Below are positions 1 through 11,455 of a stretch of DNA of 64,000 nt, in pieces (position 1 is the stretch's first letter; each line of letters opens with the position of its first letter). Source of the DNA: Cyanophora paradoxa CCMP329. Taxonomy: Eukaryota > Plantae > Glaucophyta. The notes under the pieces were generated by a model that was not told the DNA's origin, did not search any database, and worked only from the letters and a program-made list of their open reading frames with translations. The position numbers were made by a program, and so were the translations under genes. The stretch spans positions 124,001 through 188,000 of the forward strand of contig QPMI01000484.1 in assembly GCA_004431415.1 (NCBI GenBank), in the 5' to 3' direction.

Positions 1-656
1 AGTCCGGATGCATCATGGCATTGCGCGCAACGTAAACACAAATCCGCCGCGCACATGCTGAGCACTGGTTCGACCTGCAACGTAAACGAAACAACGATTA
101 GAATGAAGTCGACAGAAGTGCGACTCGACGTGCGATTGGAAGGGGCCGGCGAGCTTGAGATCGATATCTAGACGCACGTCCAGTTTTTGTCCGCGTTCGC
201 CGAAACGATCTTGAAGCCCGGAGCCTGCGTGGGCGCACGCGCAACGCCCTCACGCGCGCGCGCCTGATCGAGCCGAGGAAATAGATGCGGACCACCAGAT
301 CCGGCTGCGCGCATATGCATGATCAAAACTTTGGATTCGATGAAGACAAGGCCCGGGATCGGAATGGAAGGCTCGATCGTGTTCAATGAAATTGCGAACC
401 TTGATGCGCCCATCGTGAGCAGGACCGCGAGATGAGAATGCTGCACCGGAAAACTATCAGTGCCACAAGTACACCCACAAACAAGAACAATTTAATCCTA
501 GATCTTCATCCTGAGCAAATGCCAAGCTGCAGATTGTGCTGCAGGACATTTCGGCGACAGCGAGTTCGCGCACAGGCCATGTTGCTCTGGTTGTAAGCGC
601 TTGTGTCAATGCGATCCCCGCAACAGCGGGCTACCCGCCAGTGCGTAAGTTTCCAT

Positions 657-695
<39 letters not shown>

Positions 696-3280
696 CAAAT
701 GCATTGCACACCCTCTTGCCATCCCCTCGGAGTGAGGTCCGAACAGTCCACGCCCGAAGTTACGCATGCCGTGTCTGCTCAAACGTAGTAAGCTCAAAAG
801 GCTGAGAATCAACAAATTGGTGGGCAAGGATCAGAGGCCGTACAGTATTCTTCGTCGAACTTGCCGAGGGTCTTCCAAGCTTCCACGGAGTTGTGAGAAG
901 CGCCGACCGCGATGCAGTTCTTGCACGTTGCCGGCTGCCGGCACCACACAAAAGAAATTAGGCGTGCTCGTGTTCATTCGAATTCATACTATGATATTCC
1001 CGCTCGGCGCGGCGAGAGTGAACTCATTGTAATCTTAAGCTCGCGCATGCGCACGGCTGCGAGAGTGCCCTCGGCGGCGCCCCGTCTCCCTGCAGTGCGA
1101 GCGTAAATGAGCGAAAAGAGGTCGTACGCGTGTTTGGAGCAGGGTCGCACGTTGTTCCCGGCCGCGATGAGCACCAGGAAGTCCTGCAAGTACGCGGGAT
1201 TGAGCGCCCAGCGGGCCATCCAACGATAACGCTCCAGAACTTTCGCAGAAAGCTCAATCCAAGCAATGTCTAATGCACCTGCCTGCTGAACGAGAAAGCA
1301 TCGACATTCTTCGAATCGACGCTGTAGCGGTTACAGCTGTACACAGTTAGCGCGGTGTGAGATTGTATTGCTTGTACCAGCATCATCGCGAGGAGCAAAG
1401 CGTACGCACCTGGTTTGCTCGGGGAATGATGGGGCGCAACCATACTGCAATGAAAAATGTCAGACGAGAATTGAGAGGTTCGGTCCAAGACCTAAAATCG
1501 AGTCGGTCACCGAATTCGTGTGAACGCGTGCCCCGAGCTGCCGCGGCCGGTCAACGTTGCGGAATGTTATCACGGGCCGGAGATTCCTGCGAGCCCAGCT
1601 GCAGAGTTCGGTTTCACCTCGTATGCGGGCTGGAACAGGTCGAACAAGCTATCGGGGGTTGCCATGCCGCCAGCTTTAGAGAGAATGCCAAGGTGCTGCA
1701 ACAGACGGCGTCATCAGCCATAATCGATATCAGGCGTATACAAGGCAGCCCCAAACGGCAATGGCGATCCAAGATCGATATTTTTCTCGAAGCGCTGGCG
1801 ATCCATGATCGATCGCGAATTCAAGCGGATCGGACCTGGAAGAAGAGCTGCGCCTCGTACGCGATCCCGTTGTACTTGGACATCTGAGGGCGCGCGCGGA
1901 TCGCGCTCAGCACACCCGGCGTCCGCCGCTGGCCATGGCGCCCTGGACGGGCCCGCCGTGCACCTCCGCGGCCTCCGTCGCGTTCGCCCAGTCGGTCGGG
2001 ACTTTGCCCTAGACACATGCATATGCATACCAGTCATCAGCTCAAAGCACTCCGCATTTATAATTATGATTGAAAGTAAATATGAAAATTCACCAGAACC
2101 GTTCCTGCGACGTGAGTTCCGTGCTGCGAATCTGATTTGGTCTCGCTGAATGCCACGTCGGCCTCCGGTGAAATCCAGTACCGGAGCAGCTGACAATTTG
2201 CAATGTTAATGTTTCAGTTGCACGTCACATCCGATCATATTTTGGGGCCGTATACATAGGAGCACCTTTTTGCGGTTGGTCAACGGGATGGCATCTTTCG
2301 TATCCTTCAGAGTTATGTTTGCCAAGGCAGACGCGAAGGCACTGAGCACGCGCAAGCGATGGTTTGAAATTCAGTGCAAGTGAGCCGCCGCACCGCAGGG
2401 GCGCACCTGGCCGTGTCGCTTCCACTCTCGAGGAATGAGCAGTGATCGAAGTCGAGGGCGTCGTCTGCGACCTGATCGAAACAACCGATCATCGGATCTC
2501 GATCGCGCTCAAAATGCCTTCCGGATCCATGCAATAACTAACATGCAAAAAATTCTGCGATATATATCTAGCGATGCGTGCTCGAGCTCACCGCAACGAT
2601 CTGGTTCTCTCCGTGGATCCCGCGGGCCCAAAGGGGGTTGCTCGAGGGCAGGCCGTCTCCCGCTCCTGCGGATGCGGAGGAAAGAGCGCGCCAAAGGTGA
2701 GCCCCAGACGGCTGCCTCTGCAGCTGGCAGTCGAGGCGGCACCGGATGTCAGCAGAGTCGCGGCGTGTCTGTTGCGAAGCGTAGAGCGGGACACTCCGTC
2801 CACCCAGGACACGAGCGGCTGCTCGGCGATTCGAGCTCAACTGTGGACAGATTCCAACGATCCATGGAAAAGAAATCCGTGACCACCTCGTGCGCCAGGC
2901 GCTCGGCGACGCGACTGGGGTCGGCGTTCCCGCAGTTGACGCGAACCGCCTCGCGCGAGGAGCGGACGGAAATCGAGGATCCAGAAAACTCGTCCCGGAG
3001 CGCCTTCTCCAAAGCGGCTGCACGCGCGCGCGCGCGGATTCCGCAAAACTGTGAAGGCAGACTTCCGAACGCATGCGTCTATGGATGATCTCTAGATATG
3101 GTAAACGGAACTTCGAATTCGGACGCGCACCGGCGTACGCAGCGAGGTTGCCTTCGGCATGAATGTGCGCGTGGAGCTCGTTTGTCTGGGCGGCAAACGA
3201 GGCGACCGTGCGCGCAATCTGGGGCGGCCGCGGGGTTCAGCGTGGGGCGATCGATCGCGATATCCGGATCCTAGGCCTGC
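1..3280. repeat. 3356-bp tandem duplication, left unit (starts before the window)
   Basis: Sequence 1-3280 recurs at offset +3356 (agtccggatgcatc at 1 and 3357). Only homopolymer indels and a few substitutions were seen between the copies. Confidence 0.97.
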
Positions 3281-4013
3281 GACGTGCCGTGAATCGCCAG
3301 TAGAGCCGGCTTGACGCCTGGCGTGCCCGGGCCATCTGAAGCACGTTGCAAGAATGAGTCCGGATGCATCATGGCATTGCGCGCAACGTAAACACAAATC
3401 CGCCGCGCACATGCTGAGCACTGGTTCGACCTGCAACGTAAACGAAACAACGATTAGAATGAAGTCGACAGAAGTGCGACTCGACGTGCGATTGGAAGGG
3501 GCCGGCGAGCTTGAGATCGATATCTAGACGCACGTCCAGTTTTTGTCCGCGTTCGCCGAAACGATCTTGAAGCCCGGAGCCTGCGTGGGCGCACGCGCAA
3601 CGCCCTCACGCGCGCGCGCCTGATCGAGCCGAGGAAATAGATGCGGACCACCAGATCCGGCTGCGCGCATATGCATGATCAAAACTTTGGATTCGATGAA
3701 GACAAGGCCCGGGGATCGGAATGGAAGGCTCGATCGTGTTCAATGAAATTGCGAACCTTGATGCGCCCATCGTGAGCAGGACCGCGAGATGAGAATGCTG
3801 CACCGGAAAACTATCAGTGCCACAAGTACACCCACAAACAAGAACAATTTAATCCTAGATCTTCATCCTGAGCAAATGCCAAGCTGCAGATTGTGCTGCA
3901 GGACATTTCGGCGACAGCGAGTTCGCGCACAGGCCATGTTGCTCTGGTTGTAAGCGCTTGTGTCAATGCGATCCCCGCAACAGCGGGCTACCCGCCAGTG
4001 CGTAAGTTTCCAT

Positions 4014-4051
<38 letters not shown>

Positions 4052-7000
4052 CAAATGCATTGCACACCCTCTTGCCATCCCCTCGGAGTGAGGTCCGAAC
4101 AGTCCACGCCCGAAGTTACGCATGCCGTGTCTGCTCAAACGTAGTAAGCTCAAAAGGCTGAGAATCAACAAATTGGTGGGCAAGGATCAGAGGCCGTACA
4201 GTATTCTTCGTCGAACTTGCCGAGGGTCTTCCAAGCTTCCACGGAGTTGTGAGAAGCGCCGACCGCGATGCAGTTCTTGCACGTTGCCGGCTGCCGGCAC
4301 CACACAAAAGAAATTAGGCGTGCTCGTGTTCATTCGAATTCATACTATGATATTCCCGCTCGGCGCGGCGAGAGTGAACTCATTGTAATCTTAAGCTCGC
4401 GCATGCGCACGGCTGCGAGAGTGCCCTCGGCGGCGCCCCCGTCTCCCTGCAGTGCGAGCGTAAATGAGCGAAAAGAGGTCGTACGCGTGTTTGGAGCAGG
4501 GTCGCACGTTGTTCCCGGCCGCGATGAGCACCAGGAAGTCCTGCAAGTACGCGGGATTGAGCGCCCAGCGGGCCATCCAACGATAACGCTCCAGAACTTT
4601 CGCAGAAAGCTCAATCCAAGCAATGTCTAATGCACCTGCCTGCTGAACGAGAAAGCATCGACATTCTTCGAATCGACGCTGTAGCGGTTACAGCTGTACA
4701 CAGTTAGCGCGGTGTGAGATTGTATTGCTTGTACCAGCATCATCGCGAGGAGCAAAGCGTACGCACCTGGTTTGCTCGGGAATGATGGGGCGCAACCATA
4801 CTGCAATGAAAAATGTCAGACGAGAATTGAGAGGTTCGGTCCAAGACCTAAAATCGAGTCGGTCACCGAATTCGTGTGAACGCGTGCCCCGAGCTGCCGC
4901 GGCCGGTCAACGTTGCGGAATGTTATCACGGGCCGGAGATTCCTGCGAGCCCAGCTGCAGAGTTCGGTTTCACCTCGTATGCGGGCTGGAACAGGTCGAA
5001 CAAGCTATCGGGGGTTGCCATGCCGCCAGCTTTAGAGAGAATGCCAAGGTGCTGCAACAGACGGCGTCATCAGCCATAATCGATATCAGGCGTATACAAG
5101 GCAGCCCCAAACGGCAATGGCGATCCAAGATCGATATTTTTCTCGAAGCGCTGGCGATCCATGATCGATCGCGAATTCAAGCGGATCGGACCTGGAAGAA
5201 GAGCTGCGCCTCGTACGCGATCCCGTTGTACTTGGACATCTGAGGGCGCGCGCGGATCGCGCTCAGCACACCCGGCGTCCGCCGCTGGCCATGGCGCCCT
5301 GGACGGGCCCGCCGTGCACCTCCGCGGCCTCCGTCGCGTTCGCCCAGTCGGTCGGGACTTTGCCCTAGACACATGCATATGCATACCAGTCATCAGCTCA
5401 AAGCACTCCGCATTTATAATTATGATTGAAAGTAAATATGAAAATTCACCAGAACCGTTCCTGCGACGTGAGTTCCGTGCTGCGAATCTGATTTGGTCTC
5501 GCTGAATGCCACGTCGGCCTCCGGTGAAATCCAGTACCGGAGCAGCTGACAATTTGCAATGTTAATGTTTCAGTTGCACGTCACATCCGATCATATTTTG
5601 GGGCCGTATACATAGGAGCACCTTTTTGCGGTTGGTCAACGGGATGGCATCTTTCGTATCCTTCAGAGTTATGTTTGCCAAGGCAGACGCGAAGGCACTG
5701 AGCACGCGCAAGCGATGGTTTGAAATTCAGTGCAAGTGAGCCGCCGCACCGCAGGGGCGCACCTGGCCGTGTCGCTTCCACTCTCGAGGAATGAGCAGTG
5801 ATCGAAGTCGAGGGCGTCGTCTGCGACCTGATCGAAACAACCGATCATCGGATCTCGATCGCGCTCAAAATGCCTTCCGGATCCATGCAATAACTAACAT
5901 GCAAAAAATTCTGCGATATATATCTAGCGATGCGTGCTCGAGCTCACCGCAACGATCTGGTTCTCTCCGTGGATCCCGCGGGCCCAAAGGGGGTTGCTCG
6001 AGGGCAGGCCGTCTCCCGCTCCTGCGGATGCGGAGGAAAGAGCGCGCCAAAGGTGAGCCCCAGACGGCTGCCTCTGCAGCTGGCAGTCGAGGCGGCACCG
6101 GATGTCAGCAGAGTCGCGGCGTGTCTGTTGCGAAGCGTAGAGCGGGACACTCCGTCCACCCAGGACACGAGCGGCTGCTCGGCGATTCGAGCTCAACTGT
6201 GGACAGATTCCAACGATCCATGGAAAAGAAATCCGTGACCACCTCGTGCGCCAGGCGCTCGGCGACGCGACTGGGGTCGGCATTCCCGCAGTTGACGCGA
6301 ACCGCCTCGCGCGAGGAGCGGACGGAAATCGAGGATCCAGAAAACTCGTCCCGGAGCGCCTTCTCCAAAGCGGCTGCACGCGCGCGCGCGCGGATTCCGC
6401 AAAACTGTGCAGGCAGACTTCCGAACGCATGCGTCTATGGATGATCTCTAGATATGGTAAACGGAACTTCGAATTCGGACGCGCACCGGCGTACGCAGCG
6501 AGGTTGCCTTCGGCATGAATGTGCGCGTGGAGCTCGTTTGTCTGGGCGGCAAACGAGGCGACCGTGCGCGCAATCTGGGGCGGCCGCGGGGTTCAGCGTG
6601 GGGCGATCGATCGCGATATCCGGATCCTAGGCCTGCAGCTGGGCGAGGCCGCGCCTTGTGCTCGGGGCGGTGCGCGTCGATCCACTGCACGCCAGGGGCC
6701 GTTCTGCGTGCACACGCGCATGTAGAAAATTTTAAATTAAAGCTGGAATAATCATTCGACATTATAATTATCAAGATTCGAATTCGATTCGAAATCGAAA
6801 TAAGTATACGCATGATCATGAGCAGCACTAGTCGAGAAAGATCTAGACGTCGACGTCGACGTTTTCGAATTCATTTGAATTGACTGCGCACCGCAGGCGC
6901 TCGGCCTGGCTGGGCGTGGCGGTGACGAAGTAGGAGTGGTGCGGGATGTAACCGCCTAGAACGACCCCCGCGTGCGACTCGATCGCGGCCCGCGCCTGGA

Positions 7001-7558
7001 CCGTCAGCGGGGCCCCGACGTGGACCTGACCGGAGCATCGATAACCCCACATCAGTGCTTGCCGGGTGACGACTGGCTTTAAGCGGTGCGCACCAGGTAG
7101 ACACGCGGCTGGTCGTAGACGTCGTGCTGCGACTGGCCATGGCCGCGGTGACGGTCGTGGGGCCCTGGCGACGACTGGCGGGCCCGGAGCTTCGCGTGGT
7201 GCGCGAGGGCCGGCTGGGCGTGCGTGTCGACCGATCGGCCGTTCGCGAAGCAGATCTGCGCGAATACGGACGCCGACACTCGTGAGTAACAGTAAACATG
7301 CTGCACATCTCCAAACGGATGCATATATATGTATGCGTGTCGAGGCTGTGACGGGCTGTTTGTACGTATACATGCATGTGTGCAAGGATACGCGTACGTA
7401 TGCGTGATCGTGTGGGCGTAAACACGCACCGTGTGCGGGTTCTGGAGGCTCGCGCGGCATCCGTCGCTCGCCGAGGCGAGGACGACCGCGAGGAGGCCCA
7501 GAAGGGCAGCGACCGCCAGCGCGACCGGCGCGCCGTGCGAGCTCTGCGACCGCGCCAT
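1..7558 (-). CDS. KP-43-type S8 subtilisin-like serine protease, paralog A (multi-exon; runs off the left edge; internally duplicated, possibly non-functional)
   Basis: ATG at 7558 with signal peptide MARSQSSHGAPVALAVAALLGLLAVVLA. Spliced minus-strand exons give GGYIPHHSY (propeptide), LWARGIHGENQIVA/VADDALDFDHC (Asp), QHGTHVAGTVL (His, ~2095-2125 and ~5450-5480), LVLIAAGN (oxyanion Asn), PATCKNCIAVGAS, FSSRGPAHDGRIK/PDLV/APG and LAIHGTS (Ser, ending at the 3281 junction). Introns are short GT-AG. Confidence 0.9.
3281..6636. repeat. 3356-bp tandem duplication, right unit
   Basis: Junction ctaggcctgc|gacgtgccgtg at 3280/3281. The unduplicated contexts are visible at 6631-6640 (gcctgcagct) and in paralog B at ~43997-44010 (tcgacgtgccctga). 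Confidence 0.97.
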
Positions 7559-7797
7559 CGCTGTGCCACGGTGTCAACGTCAACGGCCTGTCCCACGCGT
7601 ACGGTCGGCTCCGAGGCTCGCCGAGGCGTCGCGTTATCGATAGGCGAAGGCAGCCTGGCAGTTACTACGTATACTGCGATAGTTACAAGAAACGTACTAC
7701 GGTATGCACCGTTGTACGCAGTACTACGCACGCACGCGTAGGCTGGCCTGCCAGGCTGTAGCCTGTAGGCCTAGGTACTACCGGTACCGTAGTAATA

Positions 7798-8049
7798 CCG
7801 TGTAATACTTAATTACCGCGCTGACATAACTACTGCGCTACCATATTACTGGCAATTTACTGCGCTCAAAAATTTTAGAAACGCAGTAAATTGGTAGCGC
7901 AGTAATACCCCCTTGGCCTATTACCCCAGTATAATATTTTCCGAGGCCGATGGAACGCAGTAATTTGGTGGCGCAGAAAAGCGCCTACGTACCGGCGCAG
8001 AAATTTTAGAACGCAGTAATTTGTGGCGCAGTAAATAAGTGTTACACGG
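7798..8049. mobile_element. MITE (252 bp), Tc1/mariner/pogo-type, TA target-site duplication
   Basis: TA at 7796-7797 and 8050-8051. ~24-bp imperfect TIRs: ccgtgtaatacttaattaccgcgc versus the reverse complement of gcgcagtaaataagtgttacacgg. AT-rich interior with multiple tactgcgc/gcgcagta motifs and no ORF. Confidence 0.8.
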
Positions 8050-8318
8050 TACTGTGACGGTAGCGGCGGGTATAGCTCAGCGGCCGCCGGGCCGCCGGGC
8101 TAGTACGTATCATCAATGATTCATCATACGTATACTATCATGCGTGCCACGGCCCACGGACCACGGTGCAAGTGCCTGCCGCCGCGGGCCGGGCCGGCCG
8201 GGCCTGGGCGCAGTACTCGAGCTCTCGAGTCTCGACTCTTGAGTAGCGCTCGAGTAGCTGCGGTACCTACTAGTAGGCTTTTAGTATCCTATTACTGTAG
8301 GAGGCGGAAAAGTACCAC

Positions 8319-10236
8319 ATGCACATCGCCCACATCGCCGCCCACCTCGCCTCCCCGTCCGCCCCGCCCCGCCCCGCCCCGCCCCCTGCCCCACTCCCCT
8401 CTAGATCTGCGACCCCGCGGGGGGCGGCAGGGAGCGGGCCCTCTCCCGCCCCGAGCTCCTCACCGCCCTCACCGCCTCCCGCCACGCCCGCTCCCGCCCC
8501 GCCACCCACGACGTCCGCCCCGCCCCCGGCCCCGCCCCCGCCCCCGCCCCCGCCCCCGCCCCGCCTGACGCCTCGCCGGGGGCAGGCGGCGCTGCTCCTC
8601 GCGAACCTCGCCCTCGCCCGTGCGCCCGCGCCGGGCCGGCGCCCCGCCCCGCGCCGCGTGGCCCTTATGACGGGAGGGCAGACCCGGCGGGGCTGGCGGC
8701 GGTGGAAGGGAACGCGCAGGCGGCCATCCTCGTCAACTAGGCCGCCTCCGACCCCGCGTGCGGCCCGCCCGCCCCGCCCGCCCCGCCCCGCGCCGGCGCC
8801 GCTCACGTGCACGGGGCGGGCGGACGGGCAGGGCGGAGGCGGGGACGGCGGCGCGGGCGGCGGCGGCGGCGCACGAGATGCGGGGCACGCTGCGGGCGCT
8901 GGGCTCTCGGCGGGGCCCCGCGGCGCGCGGCCACGGCGCCGGGCCCGGGGGCGGGAGCCCGAGGCGGCGGCGGAGCGCGCCACGGCGCTCTGGCGGCTCG
9001 GCGGCAAGCTCGCCGCCGTCGCCCGCCGGCCCCGGGCGGCCTCCTCCCAGGGCCCGGCGGGGCGGCGGGGGTCCGGAGCGGGGCCGGGGCCGGGCGGGGG
9101 CGCTGGTGCTCAAGGACCCGGCGCTGCTGCAGCTGGCGCAGGTCGTGGCGCTGAAGGAGGCGGCCTCGCCGCCGCCCGCCAGGGCCTCCTCGCCCGCCTG
9201 CCCCCCGCGGGGACCGCCGGCCCCGCCTCCCCTACGCCTCGGGCCGCCCCGCAAGCAAGCACCCCAAGGGCCTCTCCTGGGCACCGCACGGCCAGGGGCG
9301 CGAGGCCGGGGCCGGGGCCGGGGCGAGGAGGAGGGGGAGGGGGAGGGGGAGGGCGGGGAGGCGGGCGGCTCGCTGCACACGCCCTCGCCGGCGCCGTCCG
9401 CTTCCCCCGCCCCGCCCCGCCCCCCGCCCCGGGCGAGCCTCGGACAAGGTGCTGAACGGCCGGACACAAGCGGGGAGGCGGAGGCGAAGAGGCGCCCCCG
9501 CCGCACCATCGCCGCCGCCTCCCCCTCGCCCACGCCTCCCCCGCCTCCAGGCCTGCCCCGCCCCACCCCGCCCCGCCCCGGGGCGCCCCTGACGCCCCGC
9601 CAGGGGCGACGTCCTGCGCCGCGCCGCCAGCGGCCCCCCCGGCTCCGGCGAGGCGCGCGCCTTCCCGCTGCCCCCTCCGGCCACCGTGGCGGGGGCGCGG
9701 GCGTCGGCGGCGGGGCGCTGCTGCCGCGCGCGGGCCTCGCTGGGGGCCTCGTCGCTGCGGGACCGGGCGCCCCGGCGCGCCCCTTCCCCGCCCCGCCCCA
9801 CGCCCCGCCGGGGACGCCGGCAGCCTCCGCCGCGTCCCCCTCGCCCCCCCCTCCGCCCGCTCGCCTCGGCGGCCGCCCGCGGGCCCCCCGCCGCGTCGCC
9901 CCCGCCGCTCTCCTCGGCGGCCGCCGGGGGCCCTTGAGCTCGGCTGGGGCCGGGAGGGGCCGGGGCTGGCGGGCCGCTGGGGCGGTCCGGGAGCACGCGG
10001 AGCGTCGGCTCGCAGCGGGCGCCCTCCTCCGGCCTCTCCCTCGGCCCCGCCCCGCCATCACCCCCGCCCCGCCGCGCCTCTCGAGCCCCTCTCCCCGCAG
10101 GCCGGCCCCGTTCCCATACCCCCCGGGGCCTCGCCCCCTCCCCTCGCGATCGCGCCCCCGCAGCTCTCCCCGCCGCCCCCTGCAGCTGGCCCCTCCACAC
10201 CCTGCCGCCCCCGCCACACCCTCCAGAACGGAATAA
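8319..10236 (+). other. Probable very GC-rich intron-containing gene or pseudogene, unknown function
   Basis: Splicing at gtccgccccg...ggcag introns gives in-frame MHIAHIAAHLASP/ERALSRPELLTALTASRHARSRPATHD/AALLLANLALAH/PAGLAAVEGNAQAAILVN, then TAG. Later exon-like pieces occur (ALVLKDPALLQLAQVVALKEAA). No family recognised. Confidence 0.35.
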
Positions 10237-11455
10237 ATTATTTAACTTGAAAGTAGAAGTAATATTTTTTTAATGTTAATGCGTCAAGACTGGCATTGCG
10301 GGAAGCCTGACGCCGGCACAACACCGAAATGCGCACTGCGGCATCGTCTCCCTTCAGTTATCATGAGTCACCTTCAAGTTCGCCCGACGTCGACAGTACT
10401 AGTCCCCTCGGGCTTCCGGCCCCCGCCCGAGGCTCTGAATCCGCCTTCCAGTCCGCCCGCTTCAAAGGCTTCGTCTTTAGCTCGTTGTTCAACGGTTAGA
10501 CGTTCCGATCGCGAGGTCCTCTTCCATGCCTAGATCTGATCATGATTCCTGTGATTTCTCTTTCTCTGAGGCTCCGCCGGTTTCTGAGTCAGTCTGCTCA
10601 TCGCAATCGGCTGCAGTACTAGTGCTATAGCCAGCAGTGGTATCCTTGATCATGAGCTCGAGTGTCAATGGATGTTACTTTTACCTTAGCTCTTTTCGAA
10701 TTCGTGTCTCTCTCCTAGGCCTTGCCCCGTCGAGATCTCGCCGAGTCGAGCTCGGCCGTATGAATTTGATCGCGTGTCCGAGGCTGGATCTCGCACAGCC
10801 AGATCTAGATCTAGAATTTTCCGTCTTGAGCTCGCCGAGTCGATTGATCGATATCGCGTCGACGTCGTCCGATCGCGATGATCTTTAATTTCTCGATCTG
10901 TCTAGATCTAGATCTAGATCTAGATAGCTCGATCTCTCCTTCCGTCTTTTTGCAGTCGGCTCTTCGTCATCTTAAGCTTGCAATTGTCCTAGTTCGCGGC
11001 GTCACGCGGCGAGCTGGTGGAACCGTTGAACCGGTGCCCAGAGCTCGAAAATGTGCATGTCACAGTGTGGTACATGGTACATCACCGTACATGTTGTTGG
11101 AAGCTGTTGGTACATGTGCATGTGGCCGATTATGCATCAAAAACAAACAATTCGTACGGCCGGAATTCGGCCCTTTGAGAGCACATGTACAGCCGCCGCG
11201 CACATAGATTGCGATTGGCTGATTTATTGAAGTTCGAAACAAGAAATAAAAGACAATCAATGCGCAAGCTTAAGGTCGAATTTAATCATGCAACGAGTAC
11301 ATCACCCTCATTTACTGCCTGCAGCCGTCAACATTACATCTCTAAATATCCTGGGCCTGAATCCATGCATATGGCGGAATCGAAATCGAAATCGAAAGAT
11401 GTATTCGATCGGGGCGGGGTCGCGATCGCCACGTTTAAAGCGGAGTGCAGTCGGC

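Noticed and set aside
1-6636. LTRs or a tandem transposon
   Set aside because: The repeat unit consists of subtilase exons and introns, with no TG..CA ends, PBS or gag/pol between units.
98-7741. Many 60-290-aa ORFs from the six-frame track as independent genes
   Set aside because: They are shadows or exon/intron read-throughs of the spliced minus-strand protease; the same applies to 43300-48400.
8270-10236. Long Pro/Gly/Arg ORFs (378-494 aa) on both strands
   Set aside because: Expected from extreme GC content. Only the spliced + strand interpretation has weak support.
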